From the NCBI RefSeq assembly GCF_963921235.1, contig NC_086109.1, forward strand, positions 12,524,001-12,588,000: a DNA stretch of 64,000 bases, in the 5' to 3' direction. The notes under the pieces are model-generated. The model ran no database searches. It was not told the DNA's origin and saw only the letters and a program-made list of their open reading frames with translations. Source of the DNA: Mobula hypostoma (lineage: Eukaryota). Shown here piece after piece: positions 36,764-50,215 of this stretch; positions within the stretch are counted from its first letter, which is position 1, and each line of letters opens with the position of its first letter. The translations under genes were made by a program, and so were the position numbers.

Positions 36764-37963
36764 GTACAATCTTGGGTTACAGTCACAGATCAGCTTTGAT
36801 ATACACACACCCCGATGACTGATACAACATGCAAAAAGTTGTGCATCACTCATTTTATTCAGTTCCCTATATTACTTTCTATTGCTCCTGGTCCTTTATC
36901 ACTTTTGTACAGTTACATCAAAAGTACCCATATTGAATAATTCATCACAGCAATCACTATGTATCAATATTTCTGAACACACAAAAGCAAAATAAGATAG
37001 TGGCGCGTTTGATTGCTGCAGCTCCAACAGGGTCGCAAGAACCTGCTGAGCATTAAGAACTGAAAGTACTGCTGGTCTAACCCATTTGAGAGTTGTTCGT
37101 TGGTGGAGAAACTGAAGGAGCCAGATCTGGTGTGGACGGTGATGCTGCATGCAACAGAGAGGCATTGGTGCGCGAAGTCTAGCAGTGAGTGATTGTCTTA
37201 TTCGCTTTTCTTGAGGTCGCACAACACTGCTGGGGACTGGTAATGTGTAATGCTGCAGGTCAGTATCACTGATTTACAGGCCGATGGCAGGACAGCTGTG
37301 TGGCCTTAGTCATAGAAAGGACTTGGCCCCAAGCTGTGCTGTCTGTTTACAGCCACCCATGAGAGAGGCATCAGAGTTGGTGCCCTCCACTGGAGGCAGT
37401 GTGGCACAGCATCCAAACTGGAGACAGTGCTGCCTCCCAGTGTTCACTCAGCAGAAGACAAGCCATTTTGTGTTTGACTGCAGATTTTTGCAACATTCAT
37501 GGGACTTAGGGTCTTGTGTGACTGTATTTTACTGATATAGAAACATGTTTGTTATTTTACATGTATTATAGTGCTTTGTGCTGTGTGTGACTGTTGGTAC
37601 TGTGTTTTGCACCTTGGCCCCAGAATAACACTCTTTCATTTGGCTATATTCATGCATATTCAGGTATGGTTGAATGGCTATGAAACTCGAGCTCTCTATA
37701 TGTACCTATTGAAATGAAAGCAGCATATAATTGAAATACCCAGCAAATCAGTTGGCATCTGCAGAGATAAATCTGCCATAATATTGATATCAATGAGGGT
37801 AACATTTTGAGAAGGAAATCAAAAATTAAAGTCATTGACTTGAAGGATGGCAACATTATCTTGTTCGGTTTTCATTTTAATTCTCACTGCACAAAGTGTG
37901 CTGAAGAATGAATGTTCGAACTTGATGTAAAATTCCAGCACAGTCAGTGTAATCTGGGAGTCT

Positions 37964-38014
37964 TCACTTTACCTCCTGGACCATCAGGCTGAAAAGATCA
38001 GATTCATCACGTCT
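37964..38014 (-). CDS. Gene A probable terminal coding exon: RRDESDLFSLMVQEVK*
   Basis: Nearby good acceptor (gccttttccag) downstream of the phase-0 TM donor; no tyrosine. No paralog in the window to confirm it. Confidence 0.5.
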   Translation of the reverse strand, partial: RRDESDLFSLMVQEVK

Positions 38015-38277
38015 CTGGAAAAGGCAATGGTCAACCCATCAGATTTTTCAACAATGCTTTAGTTTAGATGGCCACTCATAATGGAATTCTGTCTGAAAGA
38101 AGCATTCCATACATACATCAATCATTCTACATACAAGAGACCATGTCAAAGCTGAGCCATATTATTTGCATAAAGTATGGTTTTACCATAGGATAAGAAG
38201 AGATTCATGTATTTAAATGTTTTTCCTCAAATGAACAGTATATTTGAAAGTGATTCCACTGATGTCCATAAGCCTAC

Positions 38278-38368
38278 CTTCGTTTCTCTTGTGAACCACA
38301 TGACTGAAATCGTGCTGATCATCAGGAGAGCGAAGAGCATCCAACGACCCACCTTCCATATCATGAAA
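38278..38368 (-). CDS. Gene A transmembrane exon: (S)FMIWKVGRWMLFALLMISTISVMWFTRETK
   Basis: Acceptor ctcttcccctttgctcag, donor gtaggc; 91 nt, phase 2 to 0, fits the stalk exon; hydrophobic run with Lys/Arg at the outer end. Confidence 0.82.
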
Positions 38369-38959
38369 CTGAGCAAAGGGGAAGAGATATAGAATCAGTG
38401 CGAGGAAATGAGGTGGCTTTGTGTTTCCGCTGTAATCTCAGTGGAGTGGAGTGAGGTAAAGCAGCTGAGCCAGGGGAGTTCAAACAGGAGGCGAAACGAG
38501 TGTTCGACAGAGTGAGTGAGAGAATTACCTCTGATCATCAGTTACAGACCTCATTACTGGGACATGACCGCACAAAAATGAGGACTGTAAATCAGAAATT
38601 GCAAAGTGAAAATAAATTTTGGAAAGGAAGAAAAGGAAATAGTGAAGTGCAGAGGTGCGACAATGATAAAGAAATACAATTGAAGGAAGCGGACACTGCC
38701 GTAAGGAAGACAGTCCACGCGGATAGATGTGAAAGATAATAAATGACGTGTGACTGATGGTGAAAGGGAGAAAGGACATGAAATCATGCAGACAAATTAG
38801 AATCACAAGCAAGTGCCACACCTGCCCCTACACCTCCTCCCTCACTACCATTCAGGGCCCCAAACAGTCCCAGCAGCTGAGGTGACACTTCACCTGTGAG
38901 TTTGTTGGGATCACCTGTGAGTTTGTTGGGGGTCATTCACTGTGTCCGGTGCTCCCAGT

Positions 38960-39620
38960 GTCACCTCATGTATATCGGTAAGAGCTGACGTAGATTGGAA
39001 GACTGCTTCGCCGAGCACCTATGCTCCGTCCCCCAGAGAACATTGGATCTCCCAGTGTCCACCCATTTCAGTTCTACTTCCCTTTCCCATTGGGACATGT
39101 CAGTCCATGGCCTCCTTCCTCTATTGCTGCGATGAGGCCACACTCTGGTTGGAGGAGCAACACCTTATATTCTGAACAGGTAGCTTCCAACCTGATGGCA
39201 CGAACATTGATTTCTCAAACTTCTGGATATTGCCCTCCCCCACTTCACATTTCACCATTCCTGTTTCCCTCTCTCACCTTATCTCCTTACCTATCCATTA
39301 CCTCCCTCTGGTGCTCCTTCCCCTTCCATTTCTTCCATGGTCTTCTGCCCTTTCCTATCAGATTACACCTTCTCCAGCCCTTTATCTCTTTCACCAGTCA
39401 ATTTCCCAACTCTTTACCCTTCCCCTCCTTCCCCTCACTCTGTTACACCTATCACCTACCACCTTGTACATTTTCCTCCTCTTTCCCCACCTTCTTACTC
39501 TGACTTCTCCTCTTTCTTGCCAGTCCTGATGAAGGGTCTCTCCCTGAAACATCAACTGTTGACTCTTTTCCATAGAAGCTGCCTGGTCTGCTGATTTTCT
39601 CCAGCATTTTGTGTGTGTTG
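38960..39620 (+). mobile_element. Penelope-like element 3' part (GIY-YIG C-terminus plus pLTR)
   Basis: DEATLWLEEQHLIF..QPDGTNIDFSNF matches ORF 20154-20429. Confidence 0.85.
39521..39558 (+). ncRNA. Minimal type I hammerhead ribozyme motif in a Penelope pLTR
   Basis: CAGUC-CUGAUGA-AGGG(UCUCU)CCCU-GAAA-CA-UC-AACUG: intact core, 4-bp stem II, stem I with one mismatch. Confidence 0.65.
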
Positions 39621-40450
39621 CTTCAGAAAACTTAAGATGGATAACTTAGGGTGCCAGGGTGGAAATATGACTCTACCAAAGCAGCTATAAAGTACTGCAG
39701 CCCACCGCTTGCCTGCAGATCACCATGGGCCAGATAAAGAACATGCTTCACCCCACACCACCCCCACCAATCAGGGTCACGTGGTGCAGGTGGTGGATAG
39801 TTGTATGAGCAGCTGGTGCATATCACAAGTCCTGGTAATGCGACCACTTACACCAGCCAGATAATTTCTGAAGCGTATTGATAATGGCTGGGTCAGCCAT
39901 CTTATAAAGGCACTGCCCGGCAGAAATCAATAGCAGACTACTTCAGAAGAAAAATTTGCCAAGAACAATCATGGTTATGGAAAGACCGTGATCGTGCACG
40001 TCATACAACATGGCACATAACAAATGAATATAGAACTGAGTAAGATAATCTTTGGTGATCAGAAAAAAGACTCATTACTCTCTGGACTAGTGTTTATGTG
40101 GGGTTGGAGGAATTAAGTTCAACAATTTCATAACACATCTAAAAGCCAATAGAAGTCTTTGCAAATTGAAGCAAATGTGGGATAAATTAACCAGAGCATT
40201 TATGAAAGGCAAAAAGAAGTGACAACAATAAAATGCACTTTATCATGATAAGAAAAACAAGTTAATGCATTAAGGAAAAAAACAGATGTTGAGTGGCTCG
40301 GCATAGAGATTTGGTAGATAAAGTGTGCAAGAAGAAGAGAAGATTCAAAATGATTGATCACGGAGACACAGCATAATATTAGAAAGGGTCAATCATAGCA
40401 CCAGCAATGAGAACATTGTACTTTCAGCAAAACTGGATCAAGTGGTTTAC

Positions 40451-40496
40451 CTTGCAGTTGACGCTGTTGTAAATGTTTCACATGAATATTCACGTC
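40451..40496 (-). CDS. Gene A stalk exon: (G)REYSCETFTTASTA(S)
   Basis: Acceptor ttttctttccttgtttcaacag, donor gtaaac; 46 nt, phase 1 to 2; xCE motif as in the gene B stalk. Confidence 0.8.
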
Positions 40497-41623
40497 CTGT
40501 TGAAACAAGGAAAGAAAATTCAGTCTCACGTGTTTTCCAAACGCACCCAAGTAGGAGTATATGATTGACAAGTGGAAACTCATGCCTTGAGTGAAAAATG
40601 ATTGCTTTCACACATATTTCCTGTGCATTACTGAACATCAGTGTTGCTGGGGAAGATCCTTAGGGGCATCACAGAGGAGATGCCAAAGTGTTTACATTTG
40701 TTAGAGGATCTGTAACATATTAACAAGGTTAAGATTACAACACACCCATCTGTGCCAGCTTCCGAGGTTTAGGAGCTCTAACTCCCCAGAGTGTGGATAG
40801 GTGGTGTGGCCCCTTTAAAGATTAAGGACTGACCCAGTTATTGCCAATCATATTCTGGGCACCAAGGATTGAGTGTTCAAGAAATAGCTGAAATGAGGTT
40901 CGGTGTTCAATCATAAGCCTACAAGTGATTTCGTCTAGTGTTTGTTTTGAGCTCAGATCCAAACCTTCTTCCAGATATCCCAGTATATGGGTCCAATTCA
41001 TCCACATCAAGGACTCTCATCACAAGGATATGGTGATTCAAAACTGAGGTGCTTAGGAACTTGTTCACATCTCTGGAATTCTCCACATGGGAGGTTGTGA
41101 TGCTGAATCAAAGGGGGTACTTAAAGAGAAAGTAGATAATCATTTTTATAGACAAAGAATGGAGAACTGTGGGAAGAAGAGTTGAAACCTGAGATAGAAC
41201 AGTCCTTCTAATAAGAGATGAAATGGCCTGCTACTGCAAGTATCTTGAGTTCTTATACTAACTGCATGAGCTTTCTAGAGGTTTTTTAGATTGCCTATTT
41301 TCTATAGAATAAATACACTACAGGAAAATGTTTACAGATCTAGAAAGAGCATATTTGGTTATTTACTGCTTCTCAAAGATGAGAAAATCTCAGTCAGTAG
41401 TTTAAACACAAAGCCACCATATTCAGCTAGAGCGAGCTGGAGATACGTTGCTCTCTGGTGAAGGACGGACTTCTCAGCTACTGACTGGTAGGGCATTCCA
41501 TTCTCGGCAGGAAACTTCATGGTGGAGACAAATACAAGTCTAAGAATATAACATTCATTACAAACCGCACATTCAATTACACCACAGTGTTCACCCAAAG
41601 GAGTCACTCCCTCCACAACTTAC

Positions 41624-41944
41624 CCCCGTGACTCAATTCCATCAGATACTTGTACTTCCCTCCTCTGTTGTAGATGGATATGTTCACCATTTCACTGGAT
41701 TTTGTTCCAAGAATATTTGTGGCTTTGCAGTAATATTGATAGAGTTGGTGTTTGAAAGGTTGACAATGTAGATCCAGTTCATTGGTGTTTGAGATCTTTG
41801 AATCCATAGATGGTGTCTTTTCATACCATGAGTATTGAATGGGAAGGGATCCCTGGACAGACTCACATGACATTGATGCTGAATCCGCAAGGTGTGAATC
41901 GTTTGGAGCTGACAGAAATCCAAGTACCGGAACAGATACGGGTT
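41624..41944 (-). CDS. Gene A second C2-set Ig exon: PVSVPVLGFLSAPNDSH...SCES...YYCKATN...ELSHG
   Basis: 321 nt, phase 1-1, acceptor ccgcag, donor gtaagt, open frame. Confidence 0.92.
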
Positions 41945-43105
41945 CTGCGGATCAAATATTTAGACACTGAGTAAACATCAAAAATCAATCACTCTCGAGT
42001 TTCACCATTTTTGTATCTCAACTAGGGCTCACCATTTTGGAATCTCACCAGCTCATTTACCTCTCTGTGTCTCTATATCCTCCTACCTACCTGATCTACC
42101 ACGTCTGCCATTATGCCAGAACATAGAAGGTCTTCAGATCAGGACAGCAGTAATGATAACAAAAATGTGTCAGTGTGAAAATCAGGGCTACAAACTCTCT
42201 CAGCTGCAGGGAGCCAGTTTACAATTATATTTCTCACCAGAAGTGAACTGGATGCAAAGAATCTGAATTAGAATCAGATTTATTATGATGAACACGTGAC
42301 AGTATGTGTTCCCCTGACTTCCCATTCTGAAAGTCCGCAATCATTTCCTTGATTTCGCTGACGTTAAGTGCAAAATTATTGCTGTCACACCACTCAACCA
42401 GCTGATCCAACTCACCCCTGTATGCTTACTCGTCTACCAACAACAGTGGTGTCATCCACAAATTTATAGATGGCATTTGAGCAGAACTGAGCCACACAGT
42501 CACGTGTGTAGAGCAGAGGACCAAACACTCACATTTGAGATGTGCCTGTGTTTATTGTTGGTGAGGAGGACATGCTATTATTGATCCACTCTGACTGTGG
42601 CCTCTTAGGAAGGCAGCCTGAGTACAGGGAGTAATATCTTCTGGGAGTGGGGGCATGGTGTAAGAGACTGCAGGGTGGGGGAGGAATTGAATCATCCCTG
42701 AGGAAGGGGTGGGGAGCAGGCTGGCCTTCCCTCTAAGAACTGAACACTGTCTATTGTTCTCTGGGGGCTGATTAACTCTTTATAATTTTCGAAGTATTTA
42801 GACCATGATCATCACTTGTTTCTTATCGATCTGTTACTGTTGAATTATTAGTTTTAGTCTGAATGCAAAATTCTGACAGGGTGACATTTCATACAGTTCC
42901 GAGACAGAATAATGTGCTGAGCCTCCCAGTGGAAATCACTGGCCAGTCAGTGGGTCAGACAACATAAGTGAGGTTTCTCGACCCCTGCCCACACCTCACA
43001 GGTCTCTGCACTGTTGTGGAGCCTTGGCTGACCGGAGCTGCCATGGCCCTTCCATAGATCAGACATTTCAGTGGGGGACATAAATTCAATTGTTGAGAAA
43101 CTTAC

Positions 43106-43426
43106 TGTCAGAGACTCGTAGATGTACGACAAATGTTGGATTGTTGCCAGATGTTGTAATTCCACATCTATACCACCCTGTATCTCCAGAGCGAAGATCC
43201 TCCACAGTAACAGTAAATATTCCCGGCCCTGGGTTATCTGTGATTGACCGTCTTCCACTCTGTCCTTGTGTCCCATTTGTTTCCACTAAAACTGTACACT
43301 GGTGATCCCACATGCGGCACCAATACTTTGTGTGTGAACGGTACATTGGTGCATAGTGACAATCGATTGTGATCGCTCTTCCCACAACTCCTCTTACTTT
43401 ATCTTCTGCCCATAAAGCACCTGAAA
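43106..43426 (-). CDS. Gene A second V-set Ig exon
   Basis: ALWAEDKVRG..IDCHY..KYWCRMWDHQC..DTGWYRC; phase 1-1, donor gtaagt. Confidence 0.93.
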
Positions 43427-44409
43427 CTGAGGGAGAAGTTCTTCAGAAAACGAACAGGTAAATTCAAACTGACCCCAAAAAAAATATTTTAATCAGCCAC
43501 CACACTGTACCAAAAGTATGCCCACTTCATCCATTAATACAAATGAATACCACATAGACTGAGAACAGAAACAATAACATCATCCCTAATCACGTTCTCA
43601 GGATGTTGCAAAGGCCCTCACAACCACTGATTTGCTTTTGATCAGAGCTGCCGTTGTCAGTGGCTGACTTTTATCTTTCCTCATTTCTGAGTGAATTTCA
43701 GATTCCAGTCTCACTCTAGCATCCTGACAATAGATTCTCAGATGCCCCATCCAGTGCCTATCCTGAGAGACTGCAAACACTGTCCAAGGAGCTCCCTGTC
43801 ACTGAGATGAGGGCCTCCTCTCATTAGATTAGATTTGATTCAACTTTATTTTCATTGTGCCGAGTACAGATAAAAAGCCAATGAAATGCAGTTAACATCT
43901 GACCAGAAATGCAAAGAATAGTGTTATTTACAAAACAACTGCGAATCAAAAGTAAGTGCTACAGCACACAGATATAAAAGTACTGAGACAGTACAATATG
44001 GGTGCAATACTGCTTAGCACTGTGATGTGAGGTTCAGCAGGGTCACAGCCTCAGGGAAGAAGCTCTTCCTGTGCCTGCTAGTGCGGGAGTGGAGGCTCCT
44101 GTAGCACTTACTGTAAGGGAGGAGAGTAAAAAGTCCACGGTTAGGGTGAGATGCATCTTTGATAATGCTTTTCACCCTACCCAGGCAGTGTTTATGGTAG
44201 ATGTTCTCAATGGTGGGCAACTGGGTGCCGATAATCCACTGGGCAGTTTTCACTACATGCAGATGGCAAAACTCCATTGGTATCACTTGAAAGAAGAGAA
44301 GAGGAAATATGCCCAGTGCCCTAGGCAGTCTTAATAATCCTTGTGAGAATATACAGTATTGTCTGGCTATTACTAGCATGTGGTGTGTGATCTTGCTGCA
44401 CTCAGTGGA

Positions 44410-44950
44410 CTCTTTATTGGCTACACCTGTACACTTGCACATTAGTGCAAATATCTAATCAACTACTCAGGTGCCAGCAACTTGATGCACAAATGCACGC
44501 AGACACGGTCAAGAGGTTCTGTTGTTGCTGTAACCAAACATCACAATGAAGAAGAAATGTTATCTAAGTGACTATGGAATGACTGTTGGTGATAGATGAA
44601 TTGGTTTGAGTATCTCAGAATCTGCTGATTTCCTGGGATTTTCACACACAACAATCTCCAGAGTTGACAGAGAATGGTGAGAAAAATAATAGAGGAAGAA
44701 ACATTGAGTGTGCAGCAGTTCTGTGGGCGTAAACACTTCGTTAATGAGAGAGGTCGGAGGCGAATGGCCAGACTAGTTCAAGTTGACAGGAAGGTCACAG
44801 TAACTCAAATAGCCACAGATAACAACAGTGCTGTGCAGAAGAGTATCCCTGAATGGATAAACTCATTGAACCTAGAAGTGGAGGGCTACAGCAACAGGGG
44901 ACCTCACCGGGTTTCACTACTGTGCTGTACCCAATAACGTGGCCACTGAG
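44410..44950 (+). mobile_element. Tc1-like transposon remnant
   Basis: cactcagtggactctttattgg ... gtggccactgagtg termini; GRKHFVNERGRRRMARLVQ.DRK.TVTQI. Confidence 0.8.
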
Positions 44951-45959
44951 TGTTGGTCCAATTCGTCCTGCAAATTTGATGTCCCTGCACATACTTGCTG
45001 TAAAATCTTGAAGTAGTGAATTAGCTAAAAAAAGTAAATAATTTTTCCTCACATCATCTACTTGAATTTGACATTCTCAACCTCCAGCATCACCACAGTG
45101 ACGGCGGAAAGAAAATTGTCTCACCAGCTTTATCGTTGGCAACATTTCCTGCAGCAGGATCTTCAGAAGGAAGGTGAACATAGTGCATGCAGCCAAGGAC
45201 AAGAAGAGGAAGAGAACTGAGGTAATGCAGGAAAAATTCAGGTTGTTAAAGGTGAATAATTGAAGAGCACCTCAGCCAAGAACTAGTGTTAATGTGACAT
45301 GGTGGTCAGTACAAGAACAAGGAAAGATGGGGACACTCATTGTCTGGGGAATACGACAAAAGGGAATGAATCAGAATACATCTGGGGAGGGGAGGTCTGT
45401 TCTCGAAGAGAAGTGGTTTGTACACCATAGAAAGCCATTACTGGAATGGTTAATGAATCTACCTATCTATCCATCCTTCTACCAATATGAGCCATTCCAT
45501 CCAGCAACCCACCTTTTTAAGCTTATCCTAATTACATGGCAATTTACAATGATCAATTAACCTGCTAACCACTACGTCGTTGGACTGTGGGAGGAAACCC
45601 AACTTCTCACTGGAAGAATGTACAAATTTTCTTACAGAGGATGCCAGAACTGAACCCCAAACTCCGACGCCCCAGGCTGTAATAGCATCATACTAATCAC
45701 TACACTACCATGGCGGACTTGGATCAGTGGGCATGTGGGGAGATGAACTTTGGCGAGAGAGGTTACATTAGAATGGCAGGAAGGAAGTTTAAGATAAGAG
45801 CAGAGAGAAATGCAGAAAGGGGAAAAGATAAAGGAAGTTTAAAGAAGGAAATTGGGAGAGAGAAATGTCCAGAATTGCTTTTCCACTATCAGGCTCAACC
45901 ACAAACTGCTCTGAAAAGCCATCTCATTGGCATTCTACAAATTCTCTTTCTTGGCAACC

Positions 45960-46590
45960 AACACCAACTGGATTTTTCCAATTGGCCTGCGTATTGAAAT
46001 CCCCCATGACTATGGTAACATTCACTTTTTGACATGCCTTTTCTATCTCCCATTGTAATTTTTATTCCACATCTTGGCTACTGTTCAGAGGCCTGTATAT
46101 AATTCACATCAGGGTCTTTTTACCTTTGCGGTTTCTTAACTCTAGGCACAAAGATTCTACATGTTCCGATTCTATGCCACCTCTTTTTTGCCAACAGAGC
46201 CACGCCAAGCCCTCTGCCTACCTGCCTGTCCTTTAGATACAATGTGTATCCTTGGATGTTAAGCTTCCAACTCCTTCTTTCAGCCACGACTCAGTGATGC
46301 CCATAATGTCATACCCGCCAAACTCTAACTGTGCTACAAGATCATCTACCTTATTGCCTATAGTACATTCATTCAAATATAACACCTTCAGTCCTTAATC
46401 TGTCACCCTTTTCAATTTTATCCCCCTTTTACAATACAACTCATCCCACTGACTACAATTTTGTCCTACCATCTGCCAGTCCTTTCTGACGGTCTAACTG
46501 TCAGAAAGTCTAACTAATACTTCTGCTTGTAAACCAAGAGCCCTATCTGTCCAGTTCACATCCTCCTGCCAAATTAGTTTAAACCCTCCC
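45960..46590 (-). mobile_element. CR1 5'-region fragment
   Basis: gggagggtttaaactaatttggcagg and downstream endonuclease-like codons. Confidence 0.6.
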
Positions 46591-46824
46591 TGTTCTGTTT
46601 TGTATCTCAGTAAACATTAAGGTAATTCAAAGGAAAACAAGAGAGCTAAGAGCTATGAGTCTTAGTTGTTCTTCACTTTAAGTGAGGCGTGCACATATCA
46701 GGTGGTCACGTCATGACGTATGCAATTCATGTAATTTTACATATAACCCATGGTGAATTATTTAAATGAACAAGAATGCTTCAACAAACAGTATATTTAC
46801 AATATCACTGAAATATTAAATGCA
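46591..46824 (-). mobile_element. 3' LTR of a Gypsy element
   Basis: TG...CA on the minus strand, immediately preceded by the polypurine tract aagcagggaagaggg. Confidence 0.7.
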
Positions 46825-48190
46825 TAACCCTCTTCCCTGCTTCGCTATAAACTGAAAATCAATAGAGAATGCATCTCAACTCTCTACACAACATACTATT
46901 TAATACAACTACTATATACAGATATCCAGAGCATTGTAAATTTTAAACTGTTCCATTCAGGCCTAAAGATTTAATTGCTATGCACAATTTCATACTCTTG
47001 TGAGATAACGTCTTTCCTGACGAGGAGGATTACTCTGCTTGTCAGGTGAGATTTACGGCTGTGTAACAATCTCAGGACCTGCAATTTCTCTTCGTTGTTT
47101 GGCCTGCATACTCCTTCTGAGAATGGGTTTGAGGAGAACCAAGTGTGAGCACAAGTAATGACCCAGGAGCAGCACAGCTGGTGAGTTGTTGGCTATGAGG
47201 TGTGCTACTAGCAAGCTTCTGATTCAGTGTCAGTGTGGTGTATTTTACTGACGTTTCTCGAAGTGCCTTCTTTAGACTCTGGACAAACATTTCCACAAGC
47301 CATTTGTAGCTTGGTGGTATGGTCCAGATGTAATATGTGTCGTTCCATTCATTTTCAGGAATGATTGCCACAAACTGTAGTCCATTGTCACTGACTTGGT
47401 GTTCTGGAACACCATTCCTTGAGAAGAGGCTTCTGAACACATCAACAGTGTGCAAGGCTGTAGTGGAAACTATTGGGAACATTTCTGGCCACTTTGTAGC
47501 TGCATCCACTACTACAAAGAAATCTGTGCTCATGAATGGTTCGGCAAACTCCACATGGATCCTCTTTAGTCCTATGCAGGCCATTCCCAGGAAGGCAGAG
47601 GGGCTGCTCTTGGCATCTTTTGGGCATGCTGGCATCCCAGAGAGTGCATGGCAACCTGCTCAGTCTAATGTTCTTTCCCAGACTACCAAACAAAACTTAG
47701 AGCTAACGCTTTCATTTTGACTTCACCTAGATGACTAGCATATGGCTAGTCTAACACTTTAGCTCTCAACTTCGATGGTACTCTCAATACCCACTAAGGC
47801 AACCCCTGTCAAGGGCAAGTTCATCCCAGTGCTAGTATAAAAAAGGAACTGGAGATCCTGCTGCACATTTCAGCCATTTTGGGTGGCCATGTAGACCTGA
47901 GACAGTGTGGGGGAATTTTTTTTTGGTTTTCCTTTGGATCATCTCTGCCACAATAGGGAGACTTTCAATTTGCTTAAGGGAGAATACATCGAGGAGTGTC
48001 CTACTTTGTAAATATTCCAGTATTTCCTTTTCCAGCAGTAAATAGGACAATCCATCAGCATTTCCATTTTTAATTGTGCTCCTGAATTCAGTCTTGTAAT
48101 TGAGTCCTCCAAGAAACAGAGACCCTCTCTACATTCATGCTGCTGATGTTTGTGGAACACCCTTCTGTGGATTGATAATGGACACCAGTG
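46825..48190 (-). mobile_element. Gypsy pol fragment (RNase H end plus integrase), degenerate
   Basis: RIHVEFAEPF..FFVVVDAATKWPE..FSRNGVPEH.VSDNG.QF. Confidence 0.88.
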
Positions 48191-48194
48191 TTTG

Positions 48195-50215
48195 ACAATA
48201 GACAGTAGACAATCGACAATAGGTGCAGGCGTAGGCCATTCGGCCCTTTGAGCCAGCACCGCCATTCACTGTGATCATGGCTGATCATCCACAATTAGTA
48301 TCCAGTTTCTCCCTTATCCCCATAACCTTTGATTCCGCTATCTTTAAGAGCTCTATCTATCTCTTTTTTGAAAGCATCCAGAGACTTGGCCTCCACAGCC
48401 TTCTGGGGCAGAGCATTCCATATATCCACCACTCTCTGGGTGAAAAAATTTTTCCCCAGCTCCATTCTAAATGGCCTACCCCTTATTCTTAAACTGTGGC
48501 CTCTGGTTCTGGACTCACCCATCAGCGGGAACATGCTCCCTGCCTCCAGCGTGTCCAATCCCTTAATAATCTTATATGTTTCAATAATATCCCCTCTCAG
48601 CCTTCTAAATTCCAGAGTATACAAGCCCAGTCGCTTCAATCTTTCAACATTTGACAATCCCGCCATCCCGGGAATTAACCTTGTGAACCTACGCTGCACT
48701 CCCTCAATAGCAAGAATGTCCTTCCTCAAATTTGGAGACCAAAACTGCCCACAGTACTCCAGGTGTGGTCTCACCAGGGCCCTGTGCAGCTGCAGAAGGA
48801 CCTCTTTGCTCTGATACTCAATTCCCCTTGTTATGAAGGCTAGCATGCCATTAGCTTTCTTCACTGCCTGCTGTACTTGCATGCTTGCTTTCAGTGACTG
48901 ATGTACATGAACACCTAGATCTCGTTGTACTTCCCCTTTTCCTAACTTGACTCCATGTAGATAATAATCTGCCTTCCTGTTCTTACCACCAAAGTGGATA
49001 ACCTCACATTTATCCACATTAAACTGCATCTGCCATGCATCTGCCCACTCACCCAGCCTGTCCAAGTCACCCTGCATTCTTATAACATCCTCCTCACATT
49101 TCACACTGCCACCCAGCTCTGTGTCATCGGCAAATTTGCTAATGTTACTTTTAACTCCCTCATCTAAATCATTAATATATATTGTAAACAGCTGCGGTCC
49201 CAGCACTGAACCCTGCGGTACCCCACTGGTCACCGCCTACCATTCCGAAAGGGACCCATTAATCGCTACTCTTTGTTTTCTGTCAGCCAGCCAATTTTCA
49301 ATCCATGTCAGTACTCTGCCCCCAATACCATGTGCCCTAATTTTGCCCACTAATCTCCTATGTGGGACTTTATCAAAGGCTTTCTGAAAGTCCGGGTACA
49401 CTACATCCACTTGCTCTCCCTTGTCCATTTTCATAGTTACATCCTCAAAAAATTCCAGAAGATTAGTCAAGCACGATTTTCCCTTCGTAAATCCATGCTG
49501 ACTTGGACCGATCCTGTTACTGCTATCCCGATGTGTCATAATTTCATCTTTTATAATTGACTCCAGCATCTTTACCACCACCGACGTCAGGCTAACTGGT
49601 CTATAATTCCCTGTTTTCTCTCTTCCTCCCTTCTTGAAGAGAGGGACAACATTAGCCACCCTCCAATCCCCAGGAACTGATCCTGAATCTATAGAACATT
49701 GGAAAATGATTACCAATGCGTCCACGATTTCTAAAGCCACCTCCTTAAGTACCCTGGGATGCAGACCATCAGGTCCCGGGGACTTATCGGCCTTCAGACC
49801 CAGCAGTCTACCCAACACCATTTCCTGCATAATATAAATTTCCTTCAGTTCATCCATTACCCTAGGTCCTTTGGCCACTATTATATCTGGGAGATTGTTT
49901 GTGTCTTCCCTGGTGAAAACAGATCCAAAGTACCTGTTCAACTTGTCTACCATTTCCTTGTTCCCCATAATAAATTCACCTGCTTCTGTCTTCAAGGGCC
50001 CAATTTTGGTCTTAACTATTTTTTTTCCGTTTCACATACCTAAAGGAGTTTTTACTATCCTCCTTTATATTCTCGGCTAGTTTACCTTCGTACCTCATTT
50101 TTTCTCCGTGTATTGCCTTTTTAGTTACCTTCTGTTGCTTGTTAAAAGTTTCCCAATCCTCCGGCTTCCCACTCGTCTTTGCTATGTTATACTTCTCTTA
50201 TACTTTTATACTGTC
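48195..50215 (-). mobile_element. CR1 LINE inserted in Gypsy; RT with one in-frame stop
   Basis: ORFs 49237-49995 and 48295-49233 are separated by TAG; (ctattgt)-type 3' tail, different from the 25619 copy. Confidence 0.95.
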
